NCBI GenBank assembly: GCA_964016885.1
Contig: OZ024742.1
Span: forward strand, 10,230,001-10,294,000
Direction of reading: 5' to 3'
DNA length: 64,000 nucleotides
From: Eledone cirrhosa
Taxonomy: Eukaryota
Within the stretch, counting starts at the first letter, position 1. Each line of letters opens with the position of its first letter. The translations under genes were made by a program, and so were the position numbers. This document shows, one piece after another, positions 1-14,800 of this stretch. The notes beneath the pieces were generated by a model. That model was not told the DNA's origin. It searched no databases and was given only the letters and a program-made list of their open reading frames with translations.

Positions 1-59
<59 letters not shown>

Positions 60-138
60 ACATATATTATATATATATATATATACACACACACAACATA
101 TATATATATATATACAAGCATATATATATATATATATG
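1..138. repeat. (TA)n/(CA)n microsatellite
   Basis: Dinucleotide runs read directly. Confidence 0.95.
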
Positions 139-484
139 ATAGATGAGGTCATTGCTGCTGTTGTTCGTGTTGATGTCATCATTGTTTTACTCATCTTTTT
201 CGTTTTCTACTTAATCTTATTATTAGTTTTATTTTGTTTCTCATCGCGACAAAACTAAATAATTAATGTCTGTATCTGGGGTTCATGTCCGTACCCCCCC
301 CCCCCCACACACACACACATATATAGTGTGTGTAACAAATGATAGCAGATACATGCATACATATACGTAAATAAATAGATATATATTGTATATATTTTAT
401 ATATTTTATTTATATACATATGTTTACACATACACACACGCACATATATATATACATGTCTGTATGTGTCTCTGAGTGTGTAAT

Positions 485-1310
<826 letters not shown>

Positions 1311-1436
1311 TAGGTGTGTATATTTGTATTTCTGAGTGAAGAATAACATCAAAGGATTCGAGTATAAGAAATACTAACGATTCCAAGACACATCTCAATC
1401 ATAAACTTTACAAACAAAACGACGTGAACGTTGGTA

Positions 1437-1822
1437 AACAGACACACACACACATACACAGACACACACACACATACACACACAGACACACACACACATA
1501 CACAGACACACACACACATACACAGACACACACACACATACACACACAGACACACACACACATACACATACACACACACATATACACACACAGACACACA
1601 CACACATACACAGACACACACACACATACACACACAGACACACACACACATACACAGACACACACACACATACACACACAGACACACACACACATACACA
1701 GACACACACACACATACACACACAGACACACACACACATACACACACAGACACACACACACATACACATACACACACACACATACACACACAGACACACA
1801 CACACAGACACACACACACACA
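1437..1822. repeat. Compound (CA)n array with periodic CAGA/CATA interruptions (~20-24 bp units)
   Basis: CAGACACACACACACATACA(CA) units are repeated. Confidence 0.9.
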
Positions 1823-2081
1823 TATATATATATATTTATATATATTTATATAAACACGTACTTGCACATAACCATTCAGAGAGGGTGTGGGGGTCGAGAT
1901 GCTTTGGGAGTCTTATTTACATAAATATGCATGTTTTCATGGTTTGATATGAGCATCAAACACATATAACACATTCAGAATTACACAAATATATACACAA
2001 ATATATACACTTATTTAGACAAATCTATACACAATTATATATACATATATACACATATACATGCACAATATATATGCATAC

Positions 2082-2141
<60 letters not shown>

Positions 2142-2280
2142 TATGCGGGAGATCAATGGTTATTGAAACGATCAGTACATTTTACTTTTTATCCTGTATT
2201 CTGCGTTTTGCTTCGGGTTAAATCTGTCAAACCAACGTGGTGTCTCTATCCTCGTAATTTTATACTGTGTTTATTACTAC

Positions 2281-2339
<59 letters not shown>

Positions 2340-2343
2340 TGTG

Positions 2344-2420
<77 letters not shown>

Positions 2421-2424
<4 letters not shown>

Positions 2425-3142
2425 GTGTCGAAACCGATACGAGACCTGGGTATAGACATGGGCGATGATGCATCTTTTTCCTCGCATATCATGAAAGTGG
2501 CGGCAATGTGCAGACAACTCGCTGGATGGATCTTGAGGACTTTCCGGACAAGAGACCGAGACACCATGTTGTGGTCACCCCATAGTGTCAAACTAACCAC
2601 GGAGCTTGACGCAATCCAGCGGAGCTACACCAAGAGGATTCCGACGATGAAGGAGATAGCTACTGGGAGAGGCTGACAGAACTGAACCTCTACTCCTTGG
2701 ATCAAAGACGGGAGAGATATGCAGTGATCTACATGTGGAAAATCCTGGAGGGACTAGCACCAAACGTTGGCATTGGGAGCTGGACCAACCGTCGAACAGG
2801 ACGTCACTGTGTGGTGCCAAAGGTCCCGTCTTCCACATCTAGAATAAGGAGCAGATATTGCAATAGCCTGGGGTTCAAGGGCCCTCAACACTTCAACAAG
2901 CTGCCGAGGGATCTGAGAGATCTGCATGGTGTGGAGGTGGATGTCTTCAAGAAACATCTCGACACCTTGTTATCCAGGATCCCGCATGAGCCCACAGCAA
3001 GGCACGAGGGAAACCTAAGGGCAGCAGCAACGAACTCCCTCTTACACCAATGGCCAACCAATACAGGCTGGAGATAAAATGAGTAGCAACAAGGGCGGTG
3101 CCCCAGCATGGCCTCAGCCGGATGGCTGGAACAGGTAAAGGA
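2421..3142 (+). mobile_element. 5'-truncated CR1/L2-group LINE: ORF2 C-terminus plus 3' UTR, disabled
   Basis: Translation reads [16 protein letters not shown]...[12 protein letters not shown], then [14 protein letters not shown], then after a frameshift near 2655 YWERL..LNLYSL..RRERY..IYMWKILEGL, then N.LP..L. These are typical post-RT motifs of CR1-like ORF2. Stop at 3077. The 3' tail has the stem-loop CAGCC-GGAT-GGCTG. The element is flanked by (TA)n and is GC-rich relative to background. Confidence 0.85.
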
Positions 3143-3163
3143 TATATATCTGCAAGAATTCCA

Positions 3164-3221
<58 letters not shown>

Positions 3222-3450
3222 CCTTTGTTTTCATTCTAAATGTTCGGGAAAATCCCTGTAGTTTATGTACGAGTGTCCCCCCCCCCAAAAAAAAAATTCA
3301 TGGCTATTTGATGATCAGCTTAACATTCCATATATTCATGTATATAATGAAATCTGTTTATAGGGTTGTGCCAAAGAGGGAGCCTCTACGTTGTTGGTGT
3401 ACATGCTAGAAATAGTACCGAAATCTCACTGAAATAACATTATTTGTATG

Positions 3451-3511
3451 TAAAGTACCAGTAATACACTGGGATAATTGCTGCTTTGTGCCAAAAGTAA
3501 AAACAATTATT
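3451..3511 (+). mobile_element. SINE family A, 3' fragment
   Basis: TAAAGTACCAGTAATACACTGGGATAATTGCTG..TTGTGCCAAAAGTAAAAACAATTATT matches the 3' end of the copy at 63725. Confidence 0.75.
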
Positions 3512-3690
3512 TGTATTGTATGGACCCTATAACTCCTAACAGAATCGTAGGAGCACCGCACAGCTATTCGGTGTTTCTTGGGCAAGTTAAACCTGGCAGA
3601 GCACCTCCCTTGTGTATCTCTTCCAAAGTGATAGAAGAGAGCAAATGAGAAAGAATGATAGAGAGGAAATGATAGAGTGTTAGAGAGGAA

Positions 3691-3733
3691 GAATCGACCC
3701 CAGTACTAAACTGGTACTTTTTCATCGACCTCA
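3691..3733 (-). mobile_element. SINE family A, internal fragment
   Basis: Reverse complement GAGGTCGATGAAAAAGTACCAGTTTAGTACTGGGGTCGATT matches 44049-44088. Confidence 0.6.
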
Positions 3734-3778
3734 AAAAAATGATGTATATCGCAAAGAATGTTATCCAATGTTCTAAAG

Positions 3779-5703
3779 TAGACATATGAAACTGAAGGGC
3801 ATCTGAGAGACACATGGGTCACATATGTGTTGTCTGAGAGACACATGGGTCACACATGTGTTGTCTGAGGGACACATGGGTCACACTTGTGTTGTCTGAG
3901 GGACACATGGGTCACACATGTGTTGTCTGAGGGACACATGGGTCACACATGTGTTGTCTGAGGGACACATGGGTCACACATGTGTTGTCTGAGGGACACA
4001 TGGGTCACACATGTGTTGTCTGAAGGACACATGGGTCACACATGTGTTGTCTGAAGGACACATGGGTCACATATGTGTTGTCTGAAGGACACATGGGTCA
4101 CACATGTGTTGTCTGAGGGACACATGGGTCACACATGTGTTGTCTGAGGGACACATGGGTCACATATGTGTTGTCTGAAGGACACATGGGTCACACATGT
4201 GTTGTCTGAAGGACACATGGGTCACACATGTGTTGTCTGAGGGACACATGGGTCACACATGTGTTGTCTGAAGGACACATGGGTTACACATGTGTTGTCT
4301 GAAAGACACATGCGTCACACATATGTTGTCTGAAGGACACATGGGTCACACATGTGTTGTCTGAGGGACACATGGGTCACACATATGTTGTCTGAGGGAC
4401 ACATGGGTCACACATGTGTTGTCTCAAGGACACATGGGTCACACATGTGTTGTCTGAGGGACACATGGGTCACATATGTGTTGTCTGAGGGACACATGGG
4501 TCACACATGTGTTGTCTGAAGGACACATGGGTCACATATGTGTTTCTGAGGGACACATGGGTGACACATGTGTTGTCTGAGGGACACATGGGTGACACAT
4601 GTGTTGTCTGAAGGACACATGGGTCACACATGTGTTGTCTGAGGGACACATGGGTCACAGATGTGTTGTCTGAGGGACACATGGGTCACACATGTGTTGT
4701 CTGAGGGACACATGGGTCACACATGTGTTGTCTGAAGGACACATGGGTCACACATGTGTTGTCTAAGGGACACATGGGTCACACATGTGTTGTCTAAAGG
4801 ACACATGGGTCACACATGTGTTGTCTGAAGGACACATGGGTCACACATGTGTTGTCTGAAGGACACATGGGTCACACATATGTTGTCTGAAGGACACATG
4901 GGTCACACATGTGTTGTCTGAGGGACACATGGGTCACACATATGTTGTCTGAGGGACACATGGGTCACACATGTGTTGTCTGAAGGACACATGGGTCACA
5001 TATGTGTTGTCTGAGGGACACATGGGTCACAGATGTGTTGTCTGAAGGACACATGGGTCACACATGTGGTGTCTGAAGGACACATGGGTCACATATGTGT
5101 TGTCTGAAGGACACATGGGTCACACATATGTTGTCTGAAGGACACATGGGTCACACATGTGTTGTCTGAGGGACACATGGGTCACACATGTGTTGTCTGA
5201 GGGCCACATGGGTCACATATGTGTCCCTCAGACAACACATGGGTCACACATGTGTTGTCTGAGGGACACATGGGTCACACATGTGTTGTCTGAGGGCCAC
5301 ATGGGTCACATATGTGTTGTCTGAGGGACACATGGGTCACACATGTGTTGTCTGAAGGACACATGGGTCACACATGTGTTGTCTGAAGGACACATGGGTC
5401 ACATATGTGTTGTCTGAGGGACACATGGGTCACATATGTGTTGTCTGAGGGACACATGGGTCACACATGTGTTGTCTGAAGGACACATGGGTCACACATG
5501 TGTTGTCTGAGGGACACATGGGTCACACATGTGTTGTCTGAAGGACACATGGGTCACACATGTGTTGTCTGAAGGACACACATGGCAACTAATTGCACAC
5601 ATTTCAACTAATATCTTTTATTTTATATTACACATGCGCTGTAAAAAATTTGTGCTTGTAAAGGGTCGCATGCGGCCCGCGGGTCGCATATTTGCCATGC
5701 CTA
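3779..5703. mobile_element. hAT (Charlie-like) MITE inflated by an internal 31-bp minisatellite
   Basis: Identical 8-bp flanks TTCTAAAG at 3771-3778 and 5704-5711, the hAT TSD length and close to the NTCTAGAN preference. Imperfect TIRs TAGACATATGAAA and TAGGCATGGCAAA. The right subterminal motif GCATGCGGCCCGCGGGTCGCA is typical of Charlie-like ends. Confidence 0.75.
3803..5584. repeat. 31-bp minisatellite, ~57 copies (GAGGGACACATGGGTCACACATGTGTTGTCT)
   Basis: Period counted between 3841 and 3872. The unit contains the palindrome ACACATGTGT. Confidence 0.97.
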
Positions 5704-5815
5704 TTCTAAAGACAGTCAATTTGTGGCTTGAAATAACATTCTGCTTTCTTAAAATAAGTATTGGATAATGTAATCCAAGTTATACTAATTATACTATGAG
5801 TATTCTAGTTATACG

Positions 5816-8800
5816 TTGGGTATACTAATAAAGTGAGGAATTGGGTGAATACTAATAAAGTGAGGAATTGGGTGAATACTAATAAATTGAGGAATTGGGT
5901 GAATACTAATAAAGTGCGGAATTGGGTGAATACTAATAAAGTGAGGAATTGGTTGAATACTAATAAAGTGAGGAATTGGGTGAATACTAATAAAGTGAGG
6001 AATTGGGTGAATACTAATAAAGTGAGGAATTGGGTGAATACTAATAAAGTGAGGAATTGGGTGAATACTAATAAAGTGAGGAATAGGGTATACTAATAAA
6101 GTGAGGGATTGGTTGAATACTAATAAAGTGAGGAATTGGGTGAATACTAATAAAGTGAGGAATTGGGTGAATACTAATAAAGTGAGGAATTGGTTGAATA
6201 CTAATAAAGTGAGGAATAGGGTGAATACTAATAAAGTGAGGAATTGGGTGAATACTAATAAAGTGAGGAATTGGTTGAATACTAATAAAGTGAGGAATTG
6301 GGTGAATACTAATAAAGTGAGGGATTGGTTGAATACTAATAAAGTGAGGAATTGGGTGAATACTAATAAAGTGAGGAATTGGGTGAATACTAATAAAGAG
6401 AGGGATTGGGTGAATACTAATAAAGTGAGGAATTGGGTGAATACTAATAAAGTGAGGAATTGGGTGAATACTAATAAAGTGCGGAATTGGGTGAATACTA
6501 ATAAAGTGAGGAATTGAGTGAATACTAATAAAGTGAGGAATTGGGTGAATACTAATAAAGTGAGGGATTGGTTGAATACTAATAAAGTGAGGAATTGGGT
6601 GAATACTAATAAAGTGAGGAATTGGGTATACTAATAAAGTGAGGAATTGGGTGAATACTAATAAAGTGAGGAATTGGGTGAATACTAATAAAGTGAGGGA
6701 TTGGGTGAATACTAATAAAGTGAGGAATAGGTTGAATACTAATAAAGTGAGGAATTGGGTGAATACTAATAAAGTGAGGAATAGGGTGAATACTAATAAA
6801 GTGAGGGATTGGGTGAATACTAATAAAGTGAGGAATTTGGGTGAATACTAATAAAGTGAGGAATTGGGTGAATACTAATAAAGTGAGAGATTGGTTGAAT
6901 ACTAATAAAGTGAGGAATTGGGTGAATACTAATAAAGTGAGGAATTGGGTATACTAATAAAGTGAGGAATTGGGTGAATACTAATAAAGTGAGGAATTGG
7001 GTGAATACTAATAAAGTGAGGGATTGGGTGAATACTAATAAAGTGAGGAATAGGTTGAATACTAATAAAGTGAGGAATTGGGTGAATACTAATAAAGTGA
7101 GGAATTGGGTGAATACTAATAAAGTGAGGGATTGGGTGAATACTAATAAAGTGAGGAATTGGTTGAATACTAATAAAGTGAGGAATTGGGTGAATACTAA
7201 TAAAGTGAGGAATAGGGTGAATACTAATAAAGTGAGGAATTGGGTGAATACTAATAAAGTGAGGAATTGGTTGAATACTAATAAAGTGAGGAATTGGGTG
7301 AATACTAATAAAGTGAGGGATTGGTTGAATACTAATAAAGTGAGGAATTGGGTGAATACTAATAAAGTGAGGAATTGGGTGAATACTAATAAAGAGAGGG
7401 ATTGGGTGAATACTAATAAAGTGAGGAATTGGGTATACTAATAAAGTGAGGAATTGGGTGAATACTAATAAAGTGAGGAATTGGGTGAATACTAATAAAG
7501 TGAGGGATTGGGTGAATACTAATAAAGTGAGGAATAGGTTGAATACTAATAAAGTGAGTGATTGGTTGAATACTAATAAAGTGAGGAATTGGGTGAATAC
7601 TAATAAAGTGAGGAATTGGGTGAATACTAATAAAGTGAGGAATTGGGTGAATACTAATAAAGTGAGGATTTGGGTGAATACTAATAAAGTGAGGGATTGG
7701 TTGAATACTAATAAAGTGAGGAATTGGGTGAATACTAATAAAGTGAGGAATTGGTTGAATACTAATAAAGTGAGGAATAGGTTGAATACTAATAAAGTGA
7801 GGAATTGGGTGAATACTAATAAAGTGAGGAATTGGGTGAATACTAATAAAGTGAGGAATTGGGTGAATACTAATAAAGTGAGGAATTGGGTGAATACTAA
7901 TAAAGTGAGGAATTGGGTGAATACTAATAAAGTGAGGGATTGGGTGAATACTAATAAAGTGAGGAATTGGGTGAATACTAATAAAGTGAGGAATAGGTTG
8001 AATACTAATAAAGTGAGGAATAGGTTGAATACTAATAAAGTGAGGAATTGGGTGAATACTAATAAAGTGAGGGATTGGGTGAATACTAATAAAGTGAGGA
8101 ATTGGGTGAATACTAATAAAGTGAGGAATTGGGTGAATACTAATAAAGTGAGGAATTGGGTGAATACTAATAAAGTGAGGAATTGGGTGAATACTAATAA
8201 AGTGAGGGATTGGTTGAATACTAATAAAGTGAGGAATTGGGTATACTAATAATGTGAGGAATAGGTTGAATACTAATAAAGTGAGGAATAGGTTGAATAC
8301 TAATAAAGTGAGGAATTGGTTGAATACTAATAAAGTGAGGGATTGGGTGAATACTAATAAAGTGAGGAATTGGGTGAATACTAATAAAGTGAGGAATTCG
8401 GTGAATACTAATAAAGTGAGGAATTGGGTGAATACTAATAAAGTGAGGAATTGGGTGAATACTAATAAAGTGAGGAATTGGGTGAATACTAATAAAGTGA
8501 GGGATTGGTTGAATACTAATAAAGTGAGGAATTGGGTGAATACTAATAAAGTGAGGAATTGGGTGAATACTAATAAAGTGAGGAATAGGTTGAATACTAA
8601 TAAAGTGAGGAATTGGGTGAATACTAATAAAGTGAGGAATTCGGTGAATACTAATAAAGTGAGGAATTGGGTGAATACTAATAAAGTGAGGAATTGGGTG
8701 AATACTAATAAAGTGAGGAATTGGGTGAATACTAATAAAGTGAGGGATTGGGTGAATACTAATAAAGTGAGGAATTGGGTGAATACTAATAAAGTGAGGA

Positions 8801-11800
8801 ATTGGGTGAATACTAATAAAGTGAGGAATAGGTTGAATACTAATAAAGTGAGGAATTGGGTGAATACTAATAAAGTGAGGGATTGGGTGAATACTAATAA
8901 AGTGAGGGATTGGGTGAATACTAATAAAGTGAGGAATTGGGTGAATACTAATAAAGTGAGGAATTGGGTGAATACTAATAAAGTGAGGAATTGGGTGAAT
9001 ACTAATAAAGTGAGGAATTGGGTGAATACTAATAAAGTAAGGAATTGGGTGAATACTAATAAAGTGAGGGATTGGTTGAATACTAATAAAGTGAGGAATT
9101 GGGTGAATACTAATAAAGTGAGGAATTGGGTGAATACTAATAAAGTGAGGAATAGGTTGAATACTAATAAAGTGAGGAATTGGGTGAATACTAATAAAAT
9201 GAGGAATTCGGTGAATACTAATAAAGTGAGGAATTGGGTGAATACTAATAAAGTGAGGAATTGGGTGAATACTAATAAAGTGAGGAATTGGGTGAATACT
9301 AATAAAGTGAGGGATTGGGTGAATACTAATAAAGTGAGGAATTGGGTGAATACTAATAAAGTGAGGAATTGGGTGAATACTAATAAAGTGAGGAATAGGT
9401 TGAATACTAATAAAGTGAGGAATTGGGTGAATACTAATAAAGTGAGGAATTGGGTGAATACTAATAAAGTGAGTAATTGGGTGAATACTAATAAAGTGAG
9501 GAATTGGGTGAATACTAATAAAGTGAGGAATTGGGTGAATACTAATAAAGTGAGGAATTGGGTGAATACTAATAAAGTGAGGAATTGGGTGAATATTAAT
9601 AAAGTGAGGAATTGGGTGAATACTAATAAAGGGAGGAATTGGGTGAATACTAATAAAGTGAGGAATTGGGTGAATACTAATAAAGTGAGGAATTGGGTGA
9701 ATACTAATAAAGTGAGGGATTGGGTGAATATTAATAAAGTGAGGAATAGGTTGAATACTAATAAAGTGAGGGAATTGTTGAATACTAATAAAGTGAGGAA
9801 TTGGGTGAATACTAATAAAGTGAGGAATTGGGTGAATACTAATAAAGTGAGGAATTGGGTGAATACTAATAAAGTGAGGGATTGGTTGAATACTAATAAA
9901 GTGAGGAATTGGGTGAATACTAATAAAGTGAGGGATTGGGTGAATACTAATAAAGTGAGGAATAGGTTGAATACTAATAAAGTGAGGGATTGGTTGAATA
10001 CTAATAAAGTGAGGAATTGGGTGAATACTAATAAAGTGAGGAATTGGGTGAATACTAATAAAGTGAGGAATTGGGTGAATACTAATAAAGTGAGGAATTG
10101 GGTGAATACTAATAAAGTGAGGAATTGGGTGAATACTAATAAAGTGAGGGATTGGGTGAATACTAATAAAGGGAGGAATTGGGTGAATACTAATAAAGTG
10201 AGGAATTGGTTGAATACTAATAAAGGGAGGAATAGGTTGAATACTAATAAAGTGAGGAATTGGGTGAATACTAATAAAGTGAGGAATTGGGTGAATACTA
10301 ATAAAGTGAGGAATTGGGTGAATACTAATAAAGTGAGGAATTGGGTGAATACTAATAAAGTGAGGAATTGGGTGAATACTAATAAAGTGAGGAATTGGGT
10401 GAATACTAATAAAGTGAGGGATTGGGTGAATACTAATAAAGGGAGGAATTGGGTGAATACTAATAAAGTGAGGAATTGGTTGAATACTAATAAAGGGAGG
10501 AATAGGTTGAATACTAATAAAGTGAGGAATTGGGTGAATACTAATAAAGTGAGGAATTGGGTGAATACTAATAAAGTGAGGAATTGGGTGAATACTAATA
10601 AAGTGAGGAATTGGGTGAATACTAATAAAGTGAGGGATTGGGTGAATACTAATAAAGTGAGGGATTGGGTGAATACTAATAAAGTGAGGAATTGGGTGAA
10701 TACTAATAAAGTGAGGAATTGGGTGAATACTAATAAAGTGAGGAATAGGTTGAATACTAATAAAGTGAGGAATTGGGTGAATACTAATAAAGTGAGGAAT
10801 AGGTTGAATACTAATAAAGTGAGGGATTGGTTGAATACTAATAAAGTGAGGGATTGGGTGAATACTAATTAAGTGAGGGATTGGGTGAATACTAATAAAG
10901 TGAGGAATTGGGTGAATACTAATAAAGTGAGGAATTGGGTGAATACTAATAAAGTGAGGGATTGGGTGAATACTAATAAAGTGAGGAATTGGGTGAATAC
11001 TAATAAAGTGAGGAATTGGGTGAATACTAATAAAGTGAGGGATTGGGTGAATACTAATAAAGTGAGGAATTGGGTGAATACTAATAAAGTGAGGAATAGG
11101 TTGAATACTAATAAAGTGAGGAATAGGTTGAATACTAATAAAGTGAGGAATTGGGTGAATACTAATAAAGTGAGGAATAGGTTGAATACTAATAAAGTGA
11201 GGGATTGGGTGAATACTAATAAAGTGAGGGATTGGGTGAATACTAATAAAGTGAGGAATTGGGTGAATACTAATAAAGTGAGGGATTGGGTGAATACTAA
11301 TAAAGTGAGGAATTGGGTGAATACTAATAAAGTGAGGAATTGGGTGAATACTAATAAAGTGAGGAATTGGGTGAATACTAATAAAGTGAGAAATTGGTTG
11401 AATACTAATAAAGTGAGAAATTGGTTGAATACTAATAAAGTGAGGGATTGGGTGAATACTAATAAAGTGAGGAATTGGGTGAATACTAATAAAGTGAGGA
11501 ATTGGGTGAATACTAATAAAGTGAGGGATTGGGTGAATACTAATAAAGTGAGGAATTGGGTGAATACTAATAAAGTGAGGGATTGGGTGAATACTAATAA
11601 AGTGAGGGATTGGGTGAACACTAATAAAGTGAGGAATTGGGTGAATACTAATAAAGTGAGGGATTGGGTGAATACTAATAAAGTGAGGGATTGGGTGAAT
11701 ACTAATAAAGTGAGGAATTGGGTGAATACTAATAAAGTGAGGGATTGGGTGAATACTAATAAAGTGAGGAATAGGTTGAATACTAATAAAGTGAGAAATT

Positions 11801-14800
11801 GGTTGAATACTAATAAAGTGAGGAATAGGTTGAATACTAATAAAGTGAGGAATTGGGTGAATACTAATAAAGTGAGGAATTGGGTGAATACTAATAAAGT
11901 GAGGGATTGGGTGAATACTAATAAAGTGAGGAATAGGTTGAATACTAATAAAGTGAGGGATTGGGTGAATACTAATAAAGTGAGGAATAGGTTGAATACT
12001 AATAAAGTGAGGGATTGGGTGAATACTAATAAAGTGAGGAATAGGTTGAATACTAATAAAGTGAGGAATTGGGTGAATACTAATAAAGTGAGGAATTGGT
12101 TGAATACTAATAAAGTGAGGAATTGGTTGAATACTAATAAAGTGAGGAATTGGTTGAATACTAATAAAGTGAGGAATTGGTTGAATACTAATAAAGTGAG
12201 GGATTGGGTGAATACTAATAAAGTGAGGAATAGGTTGAATACTAATAAAGTGAGGAATTGGGTGAATACTAATAAAGTGAGGGATTGGGTGAATACTAAT
12301 AAAGTGAGGAATAGGTTGAATACTAATAAAGTGAGGGATTGGGTGAATACTAATAAAGTGAGGAATTGGGTGAATACTAATAAAGTGAGGAATAGGTTGA
12401 ATACTAATAAAGTGAGGGATTGGGTGAATACTAATAAAGTGAGGAATAAGTTGAATACTAATAAAGTGAGGGATTAGGTGAATACTAATAAAGTGAGGAA
12501 TAGGTTGAATACTAATAAAGTGAGGGATTGGGTGAATACTAATAAAGTGAGGAATTGGGTGAATACTAATAAAGTGAGGAATAGGTTGAATACTAATAAA
12601 GTGAGGAATAGGTTGAATACTAATAAAGTGAGGAATTGGGTGAATACTAATAAAGTGAGGGATTGGGTGAATACTAATAAAGTGAGGAATAGGTTGAATA
12701 CTAATAAAGTGAGGGATTGGGTGAATACTAATAAAGTGAGGAATTGGGTGAATACTAATAAAGTGAGGAATAGGTTGAATACTAATAAAGTGAGGAATAG
12801 GTTGAATACTAATAAAGTGAGGAATTGGGTGAATACTAATAAAGTGAGGAATTGGGTGAATACTAATAAAGTGAGGAATAGGTTGAATACTAATAAAGTG
12901 AGGGATTGGGTGAATACTAATAAAGTGAGGAATAGGTTGAATACTAATAAAGTGAGGAATTGGGTGAATACTGATAAAGTGAGGAATAGGTTGAATACTA
13001 ATAAAGTGAGGGATTGGGTGAATACTAATAAAGTGAGGGATTGGGTGAATACTAATAAAGTGAGGAATTGGGTGAATACTAATAAAGTGAGGGATTGGGT
13101 GAATACTAATAAAGTGAGGAATTGGGTGAATACTAATAAAGTGAGGAATTGGGTGAATACTAATAAAGTGAGGAATTGGGTGAATACTAATAAAGTGAGA
13201 AATTGGTTGAATACTAATAAAGTGAGAAATTGGTTGAATACTAATAAAGTGAGGGATTGGGTGAATACTAATAAAGTGAGGAATTGGGTGAATACTAATA
13301 AAGTGAGGAATTGGGTGAATACTAATAAAGTGAGGGATTGGGTGAATACTAATAAAGTGAGGAATTGGGTGAATACTAATAAAGTGAGGGATTGGGTGAA
13401 TACTAATAAAGTGAGGGATTGGGTGAATACTAATAAAGTGAGGAATTGGGTGAATACTAATAAAGTGAGGGATTGGGTGAATACTAATAAAGTGAGGGAT
13501 TGGGTGAATACTAATAAAGTGAGGAATTGGGTGAATACTAATAAAGTGAGGGATTGGGTGAATACTAATAAAGTGAGGAATAGGTTGAATACTAATAAAG
13601 TGAGGGATTGGGTGAATACTAATAAAGTGAGGAATTGGGTGAATACTAATAAAGTGAGGAATAGGTTGAATACTAATAAAGTGAGGGATTGGGTGAATAC
13701 TAATAAAGTGAGGAATTGGGTGAATACTAATAAAGTGAGGAATTGGGTGAATACTAATAAAGTGAGGGATTGGGTGAATACTAATAAAGTGAGGAATTGG
13801 GTGAATACTAATAAAGTGAGGGATTGGGTGAATACTAATAAAGTGAGGGATTGGGTGAATACTAATAAAGTGAGGAATTGGGTGAATACTAATAAAGTGA
13901 GGGATTGGGTGAATACTAATAAAGTGAGAGATTGGGTGAATACTAATAAAGTGAGGAATTGGGTGAATACTAATAAAGTGAGGGATTGGGTGAATACTAA
14001 TAAAGTGAGGAATAGGTTGAATACTAATAAAGTGAGAAATTGGTTGAATACTAATAAAGTGAGGAATAGGTTGAATACTAATAAAGTGAGGAATTGGGTG
14101 AATACTAATAAAGTGAGGAATTGGGTGAATACTAATAAAGTGAGGGATTGGGTGAATACTAATAAAGTGAGGAATAGGTTGAATACTAATAAAGTGAGGG
14201 ATTGGGTGAATACTAATAAAGTGAGGAATAGGTTGAATACTAATAAAGTGAGGGATTGGGTGAATACTAATAAAGTGAGGAATTGGGTGAATACTAATAA
14301 AGTGAGGCATAGGTTGAATACTAATAAAGTGAGGGATTGGGTGAATACTAATAAAGTGAGGAATTGGTTGAATACTAATAAAGTGAGGGATTGGGTGAAT
14401 ACTAATAAAGTGAGGAATAGGTTGAATACTAATAATGTGAGGAATTGGGTGAATACTAATAAAGTGAGGAATTGGTTGAATACTAATAAAGTGAGGAATT
14501 GGTTGAATACTAATAAAGTGAGGGATTGGGTGAATACTAATAAAGTGAGGAATTGGGTGAATACTAATAAAGTGAGGGATTGGGTGAATACTAATAAAGT
14601 GAGGAATTGGGTGAATACTAATAAAGTGAGGGATTGGGTGAACACTAATAAAGTGAGGAATTGGTTGAATACTAATAAAGTGAGGAATTGGTTGAATACT
14701 AATAAAGTGAGGAATTGGTTGAATACTAATAAAGTGAGGGATTGGGTGAATACTAATAAAGTGAGGAATAGGTTGAATACTAATAAAGTGAGGAATTGGG

